This document shows, piece after piece, positions 1-17,722 of a stretch of 64,000 nucleotides of DNA. Source of the stretch: Salpingoeca rosetta. Lineage: Eukaryota; Protista; Choanoflagellata. The stretch is taken from NCBI GenBank assembly GCA_033442325.1, contig JAWQFM010000009.1:1343672-1407671 (forward strand). Direction: 5' to 3'. Each line of letters begins with the position of its first letter. Positions within the stretch are counted from its first letter, which is position 1. The notes beneath the pieces were generated by a model. It had not been told where the DNA came from. It saw nothing but the letters and a program-made list of their open reading frames with translations, and ran no database searches. The translations under genes and the position numbers were made by a program.

Positions 1-2007
1 CCTCATCCGCAGCAGCCACGCCGCTCAACGCTGGGCGGGCCCATCAGCAGACCTACGCGCCAAGGCAAAGACGCCTCGCCCATGGCCACACAGATGGAAG
101 GGGTGAGCGCAACACAGCCGCGGCAACAGCAGCACCAGTCGCAGCGCCAGCAGCGGCCACGGCGTCACAGCGATGCCGCGGCGTTTGTGCGGTCGCGCCG
201 ACGCCTCAACTTGGAGGATGACAGCACGACGGCTGCTTCTGTTCCTGGCGCAGGTGTGGATTCAAAGCCGCGGCGCTCATCGTCACTCGTGGAGGAGGAC
301 GAGGGCGATGTGGATGACGCACGCACCGGCAGCGCAGGGCAGTCGAAGACGCGGTCAGCCGGGCGAGGCCGCCGGAACAGCAGCAGCGATAAAGGCAGAA
401 ACAGCAGCAGCGGCGGTAGCAAGAGCGGCGGGGGCTTCAGGATGAGTTTGCGGCGCGCACGGAGCAAGAGCGTGAGCAGCGGCTCGAGTTGTAGCAAGAG
501 TGACACCCGCGCGTCGTCGTCGTCGTCGTCCTCACGTGGCGGGGCGGGCAGTGCAGCTTCACACAAGACGTCTGATGAAAACCACCAGCGTCGTCGTCGT
601 GGCATTGCTCCGGGTAGTGGCAGTGCAGCTCTCGACCGCAACAGCGGCAGCAACAACGACAATGCCAATGCCTCGGATGGCAACAGGGCCAGCGCCTCTG
701 ATGAGCGCGGGCGGAAGGACCAGCGCCAGCGTCAGCGCGGTGGCGACCAGCAGCCGCAGCCGCGTCACAGTGGCAGCAACAAGAAGAGCGGTGGTGCTCT
801 CACGCGCGTGTCTGCGTCTGCTTGTGTTTTGTTTCCGACAAGCACGCGGGGCAGCGCCACTGCGACGACAGCCAGCGGAGGCACAGCCACGCTGGAGGTT
901 GAGCTTCGTGGAAACATGGAGCTGTTGTGCGTGAATGAGCCTGCGGCGGTGCTCGCTGCCATGAACGTGGGCGGCAATAGCGGTCGCAGCAACGGTGGGG
1001 TTGGTGGTGGCCGCCCGAATCCGAACAACCAGCCCGTGCGGCGCGATCGCGTTGCATCGACGTCGCAGCCGCGCTCCAACATCTGCGGCTGTCCTGGTAC
1101 GCCCATGCTGCCGCCAACGTTTGATGTGCAGCGCATCACGGTGCGGGCGCTGTTGGAGTGCCCCGTGGAGCTTGCGCGGCAGATGACGCTGATTGAGCAC
1201 GACCTGTTTAAGGACGTGACCGTGGCGGAGTGCTTCCGCCGCATGGTGACGCCCGCGTCGCCGACGGCATCGTCGTCGCTGCCGTCGCTGCCGGGCCAGC
1301 ACGCGGACGCGGTGGTGCGGTGCATTGTGCGCTTCAACCAGGTGACGTCGTGGGTGGCGACCATCATTTTGGACGAGGAGGCGCTTGAGCAGCGCTGCTA
1401 TGTGATTGAGCAGCTGCTGCACGTGGCCCACCACTGCCACAAGCTGCGCAACTTCAACGGGGTAATGGCCATCATCTCTGCGCTTGGCACGGCGGCCGTG
1501 CGCCGGCTGAGCGACACGTGGGACGCACTGTCGGCCAAGGCGCTTGAGCTCCACGTGCGCCTGTCGACGGTGATGGCTGCGGAGAACAACTTCCGCAACT
1601 ACCGCGCGCTGCTGCGGGAAACGGCTGCGCCGTGCGTGCCGTACTTTGGCATGTACCTCCGCGACCTGACGTTCCTGCACCAGGGCAACCAGGACTTTGC
1701 GCGGCGTGGCATGCTGAACGTGACCAAGATGCGGCTGCTTGGGTCGCTGCTGACGGAGATGGCGGCGTACCAGGCGGGCACGTACAAGCTCTTGCTTGTG
1801 CCGGAGATTCACACGTTCCTGCTGCATGTGCAAGGGAAGAGCGAGGACGAGCTGTTTCGCCAGTCGCAGCAGCTGCAACCGCCGACGCTTCGCAAGCTGC
1901 AGCGGTCTGCCTCTCGTCAGCGTCCGCCATCTGCTGGCCGCAAGCAGAGCCTGTCCCGCAAGCTCTCCAGCCACAACCTCTCCTTTATGCGCGGCGCGTT
2001 CAAGTGA
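1..2007 (+). CDS. RasGEF (CDC25-like) domain protein, last exon; may be 5' partial
   Basis: Frame is open from base 1 to TGA at 2007. After a long S/R/G-rich region the C-terminal part has CDC25 motifs: ELARQMTLIEHDLF, RFNQVTSWVATIIL, LRNFNGVMAIISAL, NFRNYRALL, PCVPYFGMYLRDLTFLHQGN. Confidence 0.9.
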   Translation, partial: PHPQQPRRSTLGGPISRPTRQGKDASPMATQMEGVSATQPRQQQHQSQRQQRPRRHSDAAAFVRSRRRLNLEDDSTTAASVPGAGVDSKPRRSSSLVEEDEGDVDDARTGSAGQSKTRSAGRGRRNSSSDKGRNSSSGGSKSGGGFRMSLRRARSKSVSSGSSCSKSDTRASSSSSSSRGGAGSAASHKTSDENHQRRRRGIAPGSGSAALDRNSGSNNDNANASDGNRASASDERGRKDQRQRQRGGDQQPQPRHSGSNKKSGGALTRVSASACVLFPTSTRGSATATTASGGTATLEVELRGNMELLCVNEPAAVLAAMNVGGNSGRSNGGVGGGRPNPNNQPVRRDRVASTSQPRSNICGCPGTPMLPPTFDVQRITVRALLECPVELARQMTLIEHDLFKDVTVAECFRRMVTPASPTASSSLPSLPGQHADAVVRCIVRFNQVTSWVATIILDEEALEQRCYVIEQLLHVAHHCHKLRNFNGVMAIISALGTAAVRRLSDTWDALSAKALELHVRLSTVMAAENNFRNYRALLRETAAPCVPYFGMYLRDLTFLHQGNQDFARRGMLNVTKMRLLGSLLTEMAAYQAGTYKLLLVPEIHTFLLHVQGKSEDELFRQSQQLQPPTLRKLQRSASRQRPPSAGRKQSLSRKLSSHNLSFMRGAFK

Positions 2008-2647
2008 CACGGCGTGTTTGTCATGTGTTTTGTGTAGTGTGTTGGGTAAGTGTATTATTTGAGAAGAGTGTTGAAGTGAGTGTAAGTGAGTATGGGGGTG
2101 AGTACCAGAGTGAGTGAAAGTGAGTCGAGTGGGTGTATGTGTTGCTTTCACTGACCCTGTGCTTGTAAGTGGCGCGCGATTGTTTTGAATGTAATTTAAC
2201 ATAACAATTTGTTGGTTGGCGTTGGATGTCTATCGTGTTTATGCTGACCCCCCGATAGTGAACGCCTCACTCTACATGCCTCTTGAGGTTCAATTACATT
2301 ATTTTATTGAATTGACGTGGTGAATGACAATTAAACGTGACATGCTTCCGAAATAACATGAAAGCAACGAGAAAGCAGTGAGAAGGGGCAAGGGACGGAG
2401 CAAAGAGATGTGGACTTCCAAGGGATGAGAAGACACAGACTCACGTGCAGAAACAAGCAAGGGTGTGGCAGACACACAAGCAGGCAGGCAGAGAGACAGA
2501 GATGGTCACACAGATGGAGAGACAGACACACAGACACAGGCACACAGACACAGACACAGACACACAGACACACAGACACACACGCACACACACGCACACG
2601 CACACACACGCACACACACGCACATGCACATGCACACACACATACGC

Positions 2648-3861
2648 TCAGCCGATCCATTCAACCCCAACATGTGGTGGGACGTGTGGCTGTACGTCGT
2701 TGCGAAGGAAGGCAGGCAAGGTGATGAAGCGCAAAGTGGTGTGCTGTGGGATGGACAGCAACAGCTCCTTACAGGCTGACGCGGAGAAGCGGTTGCCAGC
2801 AAGTGTCAGCTCCTGCAAGCAGCGTGTTCGCTGCAGTGCATGCTGCAAGTAACGGAGGCTGGCATCTGTCAGGCCGCAGTTGTGGAGGGCCAGGTTGTGC
2901 AACTTGCAGGACGCTTGCTCAGCCAGGTCGAAGAGCACCTTTGCAACTGAATCGCCGAGGGAGGGCATGTCCTCCAGGCTGAGGTCACGGATCTGTAGTC
3001 GCTGGACCAAGTTTCCCAAGGCCGCTGCGCATGAGGATGTAAGGCGGTTGTCTCGAAGGGAGAGGTAGTGCAGCTCTCCAACTTCACTGGTTCTTGACAA
3101 CCAGGCCTCCACGGCGATGAGCCCGTGGTCTGTAATGTCGTTGCACGGCAAAGACAGATGGTTCACTCCAGTCTTTCCCAATCCGCGCACCAGTGTCTCA
3201 AACCCTGTTTTTCGTGCGTGTGTGTGCGTGTGAGTATATGTGTGTGTGTGTGCGTGTGTGTATGTGTGTGTGAGTATGTGTGTGTGTGTGCGTGTGTGTG
3301 TGAGTATGTGTGTGTGTGTGCGTGTGTGTGCGTGCGTGAGCAAGGGTGAGTGCGTGTGTGCGCGCAAACATGAAGCATAGTGGAACACAATGACAAGGCT
3401 CAAATGCAAGTGCACGCGTCACGTGTGTACCAGCGTCACGCAAGCTGCAGTGGTGCATCCAGAGGTTGTGAACGTTTTGTCGATCAACCAAATGCTGGCA
3501 CAGCCAGGCCACAATCGGTGGTGACATGGCTTCATGCCTGCATGTGTGAGTGTGTAATGCCGTACGGGGCGTAGCATGCGCGAGTGTGAGACGAGGAAGT
3601 CAGGGAGCAACACTCAAGGATCAGAGTTGTGAGGGCAGAGTTGTTGGGTTGGTGAACAAACACGAGTGGAATGACAGCAGGAAAAGGCACACTCACATTG
3701 AATGCATACACGAGACGCAGACGCGCCTACGCCTATGTTTGCGGACACACACGGTTGCACGCACACTTGACTCACCTCAGGTCCGCCTCGCCGTCGGATG
3801 CCTGAGCAGCGTCCAGCGCGCGTCGCAGGCGCACAAGCTGTCCTCCCAGATTTGCGCTCAT
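2648..3861 (-). CDS. Leucine-rich repeat (RNI-like) protein, 3 exons
   Basis: Exons 3861-3776, 3537-3431 and 3204-2648 join in frame at GT-AG sites (MSANLGG...DLR|HEAMSPP...RDAG|FETLVRG). LRRs include [35 protein letters not shown] and [11 protein letters not shown]. Confidence 0.85.
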
Positions 3862-5356
3862 GTGTTTGTCGCAAAATTCAAAATGCAAGCAACAAGGGAA
3901 GCAAAGCGAGCAGCGAAGTGGATGTGAGTGTGTGAAGCACAAGAGCACGAGCATCATCCTCATCAATCATCACACGCGAAAACCAACACGCGGCAAGTGG
4001 CAAGCGCCAAGCCTTCCAGTCTTCCCTTTCTTTCCCTCCCTTCCGTCCTTCACTCCTACCACCACACTCTCTTCCCCGTCCGCTGTCCTCGATTTGCTTG
4101 GTTGCTGGTCGGCAGAAGGGTGTTGTTATGTTGTTGTTATTGTTGTTACGTTTGAACGAGGGAACGAACGAACGAACGAATGGCGTTTGGGATTGATACC
4201 CGCCAAAGACAAAGACAAAGACACATGGAGCGAGTTGACAAAGCAGCGATCGACGCTTTCCGCAACGGAAAAACTGGAAAGAGAAGACACACATACGTGG
4301 GAAGAGAAACAAGCTAACAGCAAGCACTCACTGAGCAGATGAACATTTCACCACGCGCAAACATACAAACATAATCCCCTCGACAAACACAAAGGAGGAA
4401 TAAGGGAGGAAGCGCGTGGCTGATGGACACAGTTGGTGGTGCAAGTAACGCGTGAAAATGGGGAACAAAAGCAAACGTAGAAATACATGCACACCCCCAC
4501 CCCAGAGGGTTCAAGTAACAACAGCATGACGTGTGTTGGTGACAGGCAGGGGCAAGCATCATGGCCTTCCAAGCAAGGTAAAGAACAATGCGGGTGATGG
4601 GCATGCATGCAGACTTGGGTTCATGCAATCCACCCTCCCCCCGCCCAAAAAGAACATCGTACGTGTCCACAAGCACGGTAACAGACAGACTTAGGATAAG
4701 CTCACCACTGAGATGAACCAGAGGGTGCGAAAGCGGTGCGGGACAAGAAGAAAGCTAACAACGAAGGCGACGCTTAAAAAGGGAGTACGCAAGAGCAGAA
4801 AAGGGTGCGCAAGCACACCACGCTCAAGACATTACAGTTCAGCAGCAGCAGCAGTATTTAGGCAGACACTCAAAGATGCACACATCGAAAGGAATGAACA
4901 AGATGTAGAAAAAAGGGAGAGAGACAACAACACCCAAAAGGGAGCAGGGGAAATGCAAGAGAATCAGAGGGTAGAAAATAGAACCGAGGAAGGAAGCGAG
5001 GGAGGGAATGGAGAACAAACAACACTGTGTGGCAAGCAGCAAGCGAAGCACAACGGCTCTGCGGGGTTGCGTGCCTGCGTGCACGCAGCAAGCTGTAACT
5101 TCACCACACAGACAAAAGTGGTGCTGCGAGCCCGGAGAGGGCATCGATGGCAAAGGAAAGGAGGAAAGAAGGAGGAAAGAAGGATAAAAGCGGTCAAACA
5201 GTTTGTATGTTTCCCCAAAGAACAGAGAGGCACATCAGTGGTGGCGCAGAGGATGCGCAACACCATACGACGGAGCGACGGAGAGGGGCATGAACGTGGG
5301 GAGTAGCAACTCCCAAGTGGAAGGCGCAAAACAAGCACCCACCCCCCTATTTCGCC

Positions 5357-9698
<4,342 letters not shown>

Positions 9699-10543
9699 TG
9701 CAGCTCAGCGCATGCCCTTGTGCCACAGGCACGATCGAGGGTGGTGTGCAAAGCGGGTTCCGGATGAACTCGCACTCACAGAGCGAAGGAGAAGAAGCGA
9801 GAGAGGAGGGAGAAATGGGGGAGGAGGAAAGGAGGAGGAGGAGGAGGAGAGCGTTGGTGGCAGGGGTCTGGTCAACAGACAAAACGATAAGAGGGGAAGG
9901 GTGGTGGTCACAGACGCGCCTCAAGCTGATGGGAACGAGGCGAAGATGAAAGCAGCAAAATGAGGACGGACTGCGCTGCGGCAAGGCTCAGGCAAACACA
10001 ACACAAGCTCTGGCTCGTGTGATTGGTGTTGAGAGCGCGCGTGGGTGCAGTCGTGGCGGTGGTGGTGGGAGGAGGAAGCGTCAACGGGATAGGTCTGCGT
10101 CTCGGCGTGTGTAGATGGCTGGAAGGGTGGAATTTGAGCCGGCAAGGAGAGAATGGGAGAAAGCATGTGGATGCGGAGGATGTGGAGGAGGACAGAGAAG
10201 AAAGAAGAAGAAGGCACGCCAAGCAGGTCAGGGTGTGAGCGGTGGCGGTGTTATTTCGGAATCAAACTCTCATCAAGCAGCGAGCGAAAGCAAGGACGAC
10301 GATGCAGCGTGAAAATGGCGAGAGCAGACGCAAGACGCAAGAAGGCCCGGGAGAGAACAACACCAAGCACCGCGAGCGAAATAGCGGCTTGGTTGCGCGT
10401 ACTCAAGCACGAGAAGCAAGTCGCAAGCAACGGCAGGAAGCGCAGAGCGGGAGAGAGACACACAAAGGACAAACCTGTGTTTGGAAGTGCGGCTTGGAAG
10501 AGAAATGGGAGAGTGTGTGATGTTTCGTGTTTGGCCTGACGAG

Positions 10544-10587
<44 letters not shown>

Positions 10588-12035
10588 CGCAATGAGATAC
10601 CCAGGTCATTGATAAGTGGGGTGAAATGAAGTGAGGGAGTGGCAGAACAAAGGAACAAAGTGGTGGTGGTAGTGGTGGTGGTGGTAGTGGTGGTGGAAGA
10701 GAGGCATGCAGTTCACGACACATTTCACTCACCGCCTTCAAGGCCACAAGGAAGGGAGACAAAGAGATGGCGCGCGTGCGTGCTTGTCTCTCTGACTACC
10801 CAACACAGCAGCCAAACAAAGGAGGAAAGGGTGTGTGTGTTGGTATTCGTGGTGGTAAGGCAGGGTGTTGTGGGTGTTGTGGTGAATGATGAGCCAACAA
10901 AGCCAGTCAGTGGCGACTGCTAAACAGGCAAGAAGCAAGATGGCACACAAGGGTGAGCAAATGTAACAACACACAAGAAGAACAAGCCAAAAGAACGGCG
11001 CACCGCGCGTCCAGCCTCAGCTTCCTTGCTTGGCTTCCTTCTTGCTTGCCTGCCTATTTTCTTGTCCAAGAGCCACACCACCCACCCAGCGAAAAAACAA
11101 CAACCAAGCCCGAGTGTGGCTTGCTTTTGGGGTTTTTGCTTCTTTGGCCAGTGTGTGTGTGTATTGTGTGCCCTTTGTTGGTGTTAGTTCGCGTTGTCGG
11201 TTGCGTGGGTTGGTTGGGGGGAAGTGTTTGGGAAGTGTGGCGGGCCCGGTCGTCAAAGCGTCAAAACCTCGCGCGGATTTCGGTTAGGCGCGTAGCGTGC
11301 GTGGTTGAGGCATGGTTGAGATTATTGCTTGATGTTGGGCGGACAAAACAAAGGACCGCGTAATGCCGTTTGGCATGGTTGCGTGTGCAAGCAGGATTCC
11401 GAGCACAGCACGAAAATGCACACGACAAAGACAAAGGAAGTGCTTCACAACGCTCCGGGGCACACCAGAGGTGCGAATGGAAGTGCTTCGCAACAGCAAA
11501 ACATGAGCGGTTTTGACCCTGGGCACTCCAGTTCGCGCGTGCGTTTCTCCTCCTCTCCTCCTCTCCTGCTCCCCTGTGTCTGCGTGGTCGGAAGTGCGTC
11601 ATGCGTGGGTGGCGAAGAGGGTGAATAGTGGGGCAAACTGGCTGGCGGGAAAAGTGAAACTTGCACTTCCTCGTGCCTGCATGCAAAACAAGCCACGCCG
11701 CTTTGTCCATCACAACCCACGACTTGGCAACGTTGTTGTCAAGCAACCACGCGAGTTGGTCAGTACCTGCAGATTGCGTCGCGTTGGTGAGGAATGGCGG
11801 CTGCTTCTAACGTAAAATCTGTTCGTTGATTGCCCACGCGCACGCGCGCGTGTGTGTTCAACGCCACACAACGAATTTTCCGCACGCGTTGGCGCCGCGC
11901 GATTTGAAAACAAACAACAACAACAGGCGGGAGAGCGAATCTGCTGAGTCAGCGAACACACAAAACAAAAGCACCCTGCTGCCTGGATACAAGAACGAAG
12001 AAGCGAGGCGCTGTTTGTTGTTGCACACAACGAGG

Positions 12036-15000
12036 ATGGATGTGGTGTGTGAGCGGTTTTGTCGCGGCTGCGAGGAGACAGTGCTCAAGGCCGATCCGCC
12101 ACTGCTGCTGTCGGAGTTGCGGCCCTTCTTGCAGCCACTCACAACATGGGGCGACACCAGGTTTGTGTCTGCGGAAGGGAAGGGAGATGGGCAAAGGTTG
12201 TGCTGCGTGCCAGTGAGGTGGTTGAGCGTGGTCGTACTCGGACGTGTTTTTGTTGTTGAGGGAGGGTTGAGTGTTTCTGTACGTGTATGTGTTTGTGTAT
12301 GTGTACGTTTACATGTGTATGTGTACGTGTGTATGTTGACTACGTGTTGTGTTGTGGGTGTGCATGGGTGAGAGTGCGTCTCTCTCTCTCTCTCTCTCTC
12401 TTTGTCTCTGTCTGTCTGTCTCTCTCTCTCTTTGTCTCTCTGTCTGTGTCTCCCTGTCTCCCTGTCTCCCTGTCTCCCTGTCTCCCTGTCTCCCTGTCTC
12501 CCTGTCTCCCTGTCCCCGTCTCTGCGTCCTTTCCTCCCTCTCTGTCTGTTGAGATGACTCTGACTCACATCGGCTACAGCCAGTGCAGTCACTGTGGTTG
12601 TTCTTTTCACACGAAACTGGCCAGCACATAACAATAAGCACCCTCATCCTCATTTCATCATCCCCCCACCCCCCCCCCCCACACACACACACACCTCACA
12701 CACTCACTTGTCGCGTTTAAACTCGCTACCACCAGCCCAAGGGTGCAGCATGCATGCTTAAAGGCACTGTGGGCTATCTGTGTGGGCACCACCATGCCTG
12801 AACACACAACCCAGCAACAAAACGAGAAAGACGAGGAAGACGAGGAGCTGGACATGCTCGTGGACTACTTCAGCCAGCAGCTGCGCGTGGAGTTGTCCCA
12901 ACAACATCAGACAGTCCTGTTGAACTGCGTATCCGCAATCACGTGTCGGAGCCCTTACGCTCGTCGCAAACTCGCCATACTCAACGAAGCAGAGTGCGTT
13001 TTGCGAATGTGAGTGATGAGAGTCTGTGTGAGTGCGTGCGTGCGTGGTGTTGTACGAGAGTGCTCTTTGGAGAGGCTGCGGCAAGGATGGAATAGAATGA
13101 GGGAGGAGGTTGAGTGATGTGATGTGCGTCTACACATACATGTGTGTGGTTTTGTGTCTTGACGCACCAAGTCATTCCCTCACCAAACAACCAACGCCAC
13201 ACACACCTACACACACACATTCACACACATTCACGCATATTCACACATACACATACATACACCTACACACCCACACCCACATACACACACATACATACAC
13301 GCGCGCACACACACACACATACATACACGCACACACACACACACGCACAACAATGTACAAACATATTCAACTAGGGCCGTGGATGTGCTTGTTGAAAAGC
13401 TGCGGCTTGACCAGCCTCCTCAGCTTGCTCGCCCAGCTGCAGAATGTCTGGCTGCGCTGTTTCTGGAACCACACGCACGTCGCAAGGTTGAAGAAGCACA
13501 AGGGCATGAACCTCTTGTTGTCTTGTGCCCACCACAGCCCTTTGTATTCCCCAGCACGTGCCCATCCACATGTCACGTCACAGCCACCCCTGTCTTCCTT
13601 TCGCCCCCACTCACACATGCACGTGTTGTTTGTAATCTATCTATCCCTCCCTGCACCTGTTGTGGCAGTTTACGCGCGATGAAGGCCTGGCTGCATGCTT
13701 GGCCCAGCTCCGCAACGGTATGGTGTGCGTGCATGCACACATGCTTCAGGCCATTGCTGAAGCGAGGTTGCTTCGCAGCGCATGTGCCTTTTTGGATGGA
13801 TGGGTGACGTTCCATGTGCTTGCATGGATGGATCATCCCCCATCCCGCCTTCAAACACACGCCCTGCGTCATGCTGTAAGTGCTTACACATGCACTAATC
13901 ACGGCACCAATCTCGTGCACACATGCATGCAGGCTGTGCGAATGATCTCGCTGAAAGCATCCTGAATTGTTTGAATGTGCTGTTGTGCGAGGAGCACGCA
14001 GTGGCCACTGAGGGTAAGCTTCTTGCTATCTCGCCCGACACGTATGGATGAACGAGAACAAGCGACATCAATGTCGACTGCGTGACGGGGTTGGCTTGCC
14101 TGCATGCAAGGCTTTCCACCATTCTCACATGCAGCATGGCCTGTGCTTGGCATCTTGCGCTCCACAAAGAACTCCAGCACTTGAGCGCTGTCCCCACGCT
14201 CATCAAGTTCATCAGGTCCGTGTATGTGTGTGTGTGTGTTTGTGTGTGTGTTTGTGTGTGTGTGTGTGCGTGTTTGTGTGTGTTTGTGTGTGTGTGTGTG
14301 TGTCAGCGTGCGTGCGTGTGTGTGTGTTTGTGTGTGTTTGTGTGTGTGTGTGTGTGTCAGCGTGTGTATTGATAGAGAGTGTGAGCTTGTCGTGGCTTGG
14401 ACACGCGTGCGTTCTCGACTCAACAACGACCGCCAGCGCCAACATGAACCACACACACACACACATACACCTATACACGTACGTGTAAACACGCTTGCAC
14501 ATATGTCTGCGTGCACAAAGAGCGAGTTCTGACGCTTGTTGTGTGTGCGTTGCAACTTGTGATAGTGCACACGAAACCAAGCGTGTACGAAAGAGCCTCT
14601 CCAGCCAAGCCCAAGCACTCGCAGTCATCACCCTTCTCGCAGAGAACTCTGGGCTGAGACAAGAGATTGCAGGTGTGTGTGTTCCATCTGGTGTGTTGAC
14701 GAGCTACACAAATGTGCGAGCATGCGCGCGTTCTTCTGTCAATGTGCATGTGGCGCATGTGCGGCCAAGCGACTGCCAAGGCACGACGATGCGGAGGTGC
14801 GAAGCTTGAACTCACGTATCTGAATTGGCGGCCTTCTTTCTCTGCGTTGAACCATGTCTCTTGTTTTCCCAGACGCGCGCTTCTTTGAACTGGCTATTTC
14901 CATGCTGAACAACGCCGCAACAGCCTGGGGTACGTATGTATCACACAATGTCGCTCACAGCCGTGCATCCACCATATTCACATTGATCTTCTCGCTTCAC

Positions 15001-15410
15001 CTGCTTGGCCAGTCGATTCGCTCGTGTCCACAAACTTCATTGCCGTATCGCACATCATCGAATCCCATCCTTCCTGTCAGCCTTGTCACTGCTGCCTCAC
15101 GTTTCACCTGCTGCGTTTTATACGTTTCTCGCTGCAGAGAATGAGGACCGCAGCTCCAGAAGCTCTGGCTTTTCCCTTCCAGCAATCACAGGGCGTGCCA
15201 GCCCAAAGCTCCCGCGTCGTCACCACCCCCACCCCCACCAGCAGCAACAGCAGCAGCAATCAAAGCGCACACCTCCCGTCAGCCCGACCAAGACAACTGC
15301 ATCTGTGATCAATGCGGTGGATGCTGACGACGACACGGCAACGCAACAACGGCAAAGTCACGTGCGTCACCTTGATCATTGCTGCGTTTGTGTGTGTGTG
15401 TGTGTGATTT

Positions 15411-15509
<99 letters not shown>

Positions 15510-17248
15510 ATACGGTGCGCAGTACGTTTCAAACTTCCACAGCTGCACTCACACAGAGCTGTGATCCGTCTTGCCTTGTTTTCCTTTGCAAACCCAATTA
15601 TGCATGGGGTGTGTGTGCAGGATGTTGTGAGTGCGACGCTGCTGGCCATCGCAACAGTGCTGTTGGAGTCGGACCACGTTTGCTTGGCATTCCTGAGCCT
15701 CGAAGGTGGGCCCTGCTGGGTGGTGTGGCGCATGCGAGTGCGTGAGCTGTGTGTGTGTGTGTGTGTGTGTGTGTGTCTGTGTCTGTGTGCGTGTGTGTGT
15801 GTGTCTGTGTGCGTGTGTGTGTGTGTAGGTGCGTGTAGGTGCGTGTGGCGGATAGAAGCCCGACGTCATGCAACACAAGAAAGTGGGACTGGTTGATGCA
15901 GTCCTGGTTGCTGTCCGTCCCTACTGTTTGAATAAGTCATCGCGCATTCACACACACACACACACATACGCTTTTGTGTTCAGGCCTTGCGGTGATTGTG
16001 GATCTTGCGCAGTCGATTCAAGGCAAGATGCATCTGCCTGAGGTCTCCTCTGTGCTTTTGAGTTTGTGTGAAGGAGGGGAGCACCACCAAGTCATCGATC
16101 AAGGTCAGCGACAATGTGTGTGTGTGTGTACATGCGTGTGTGTGTGTGTCGCGCTTTTGTTGGAGTATGAATGTGGCCCCTAAAGCGCCCTCACGCACAC
16201 ACACACACACATGCACATGCACACTACCACACACATTCTCCCATATGTACATGACGCACATGCTGCTGGCCCTGCTGGTGAAGGGGGTCTGGAGATGCTG
16301 TTTCAAATGGTGCTGGCCGACTTGGATGAACTCTCCGTGTCTCAGGTGCGAGCGGTGGCTCAAATGCTTAGAGTTGTGCTGGTTTGAGTCACTCTTGTAT
16401 TGCTGCCCCCGCCCCTTGTTCGTTCGTTAAACTCGCACTTGCTGTTACCATGCACACATAGGCGTGTTGCTGTTTGCGGCATCTGTTGAGCGGCAGAGAG
16501 CCCGTCATTGCCCTCGCAGAAGACAACCATTTCAACCTTGAAGGTGATCTTTGTGTATTGTTCTGTTTGCATTGTTTTGTGTATCGTGTGAGCGACATGG
16601 CGTGTGCGATATACCGTGTTGCACCCAGCAAACACATTCACACACAATGCACACACGCACACACAATGCACGCACGCACATACACACGCACACGCACACA
16701 CACACGCACACGCACACACACACACACACGCACACGCACACACACACACACACACATTCACACACACACCCGCACTTACAAACTGTCAGGGTCCTTGCGG
16801 CATCTGTCCACCAACGGCGGTTCGTCTCGGTCCGCTGCCGTCAAGCGCGAAGCCGCAGAGGCGCTCAAGGTGACACCATGTGTTGGTTGCGTGCAGGGAA
16901 GGATGTTTGCCTGTGCGGGCGGCATGCGTCTCTCTGCACCCTTTTGGTGTGTGTGTGGTTTGACCCCGAACTGTGGGGCCCTCGCGCTCATTTCGCGCCT
17001 CGTTGTTTTGTGATCTGTTCGCTGTTTCAATCACACGGACCTACCGACTCTTCGTTTCTAATGCTTGCCTGCAGGCATTCGAGAAGCGCATGCATCGTGC
17101 AAGAAACCAGGGTGGCGGCCGCATCAAGCAGTCCACAGCGTCCAAGAGCAGCAAGTCCAGCACCATCGCTAGCAGCGCACGTGATGTCGACGAAGCGGCG
17201 CGATCTGCCCGTCTTCAGCGACTCACCGACCTCGTGCAATCCCTCTAA
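12036..17248 (+). CDS. ARM/HEAT-like repeat protein, about 14 exons
   Basis: ATG 12036 (MDVVCERFC...TWGDTR|), then exons near 12741, 13374, 13669, 13933, 14134, 14565, 14872, 15139, 15621, 15984, 16283, 16790 and 17075, ending ...RLTDLVQSL* at 17248. Armadillo-like helices include [39 protein letters not shown] and [10 protein letters not shown]. Confidence 0.65.
12449..12513. repeat. (CTCCCTGT)n octamer tandem repeat, intronic
   Basis: About 8 perfect units. Confidence 0.92.
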
Positions 17249-17722
17249 CGTGTGAAAACGCACGCGCAAATGCACGTTGCATGCTGACACGGGGGGGGGG
17301 GAGCTGTGATAAAACATGTCGTGTGTGCACGTGTACGAGCAAAGGCCTGGCGGACGTGCAGTGCTGTTTCAGTGTTGATTCACATCATTCTGCGTTGCTG
17401 GCATGGTCCGTGACAATTGTTCGTGTTGCAATGAAAGCTGTTTGTTTATTTTGAGTGCGACCCCTGACAGAAACCCAATTAGCAAAACAGAGTGGTGAAT
17501 GGACACGTGCTGACTTGTTCGTGTGATGTGAGGGATGTTGTGGCACACCACGAGTGTGGCTGACTATGAACAGAATGGGAAAGCGCACAACGGCAGGCCT
17601 GCAACGCGGCGCCATCGCCGTGCATGACACTGCTTGGCCAGAGCAGCCGTTGCGGCAGTGGTTCGGAGACGGAGAATAGTGGATGGGCAATGCTGCCACC
17701 GGAGGTGTGTCGGGTGTCGTCG

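Noticed and set aside
559-2202. 547-aa antisense ORF over RasGEF, and similar antisense ORFs at 59469-61019, 34779-35816 and 39160-40053
   Set aside because: Shadow frames of GC-rich coding exons with no recognisable motifs.
4713-5306. 197-aa plus-strand ORF
   Set aside because: Purine-rich low-complexity sequence antisense to the probable 3' UTR of the RING gene, with no domain signal.
12036-17248. Naming the ARM protein as a specific gene (e.g. TERB1-like or an ARMC family member)
   Set aside because: No diagnostic motif was recognised, so only the repeat class is supportable.
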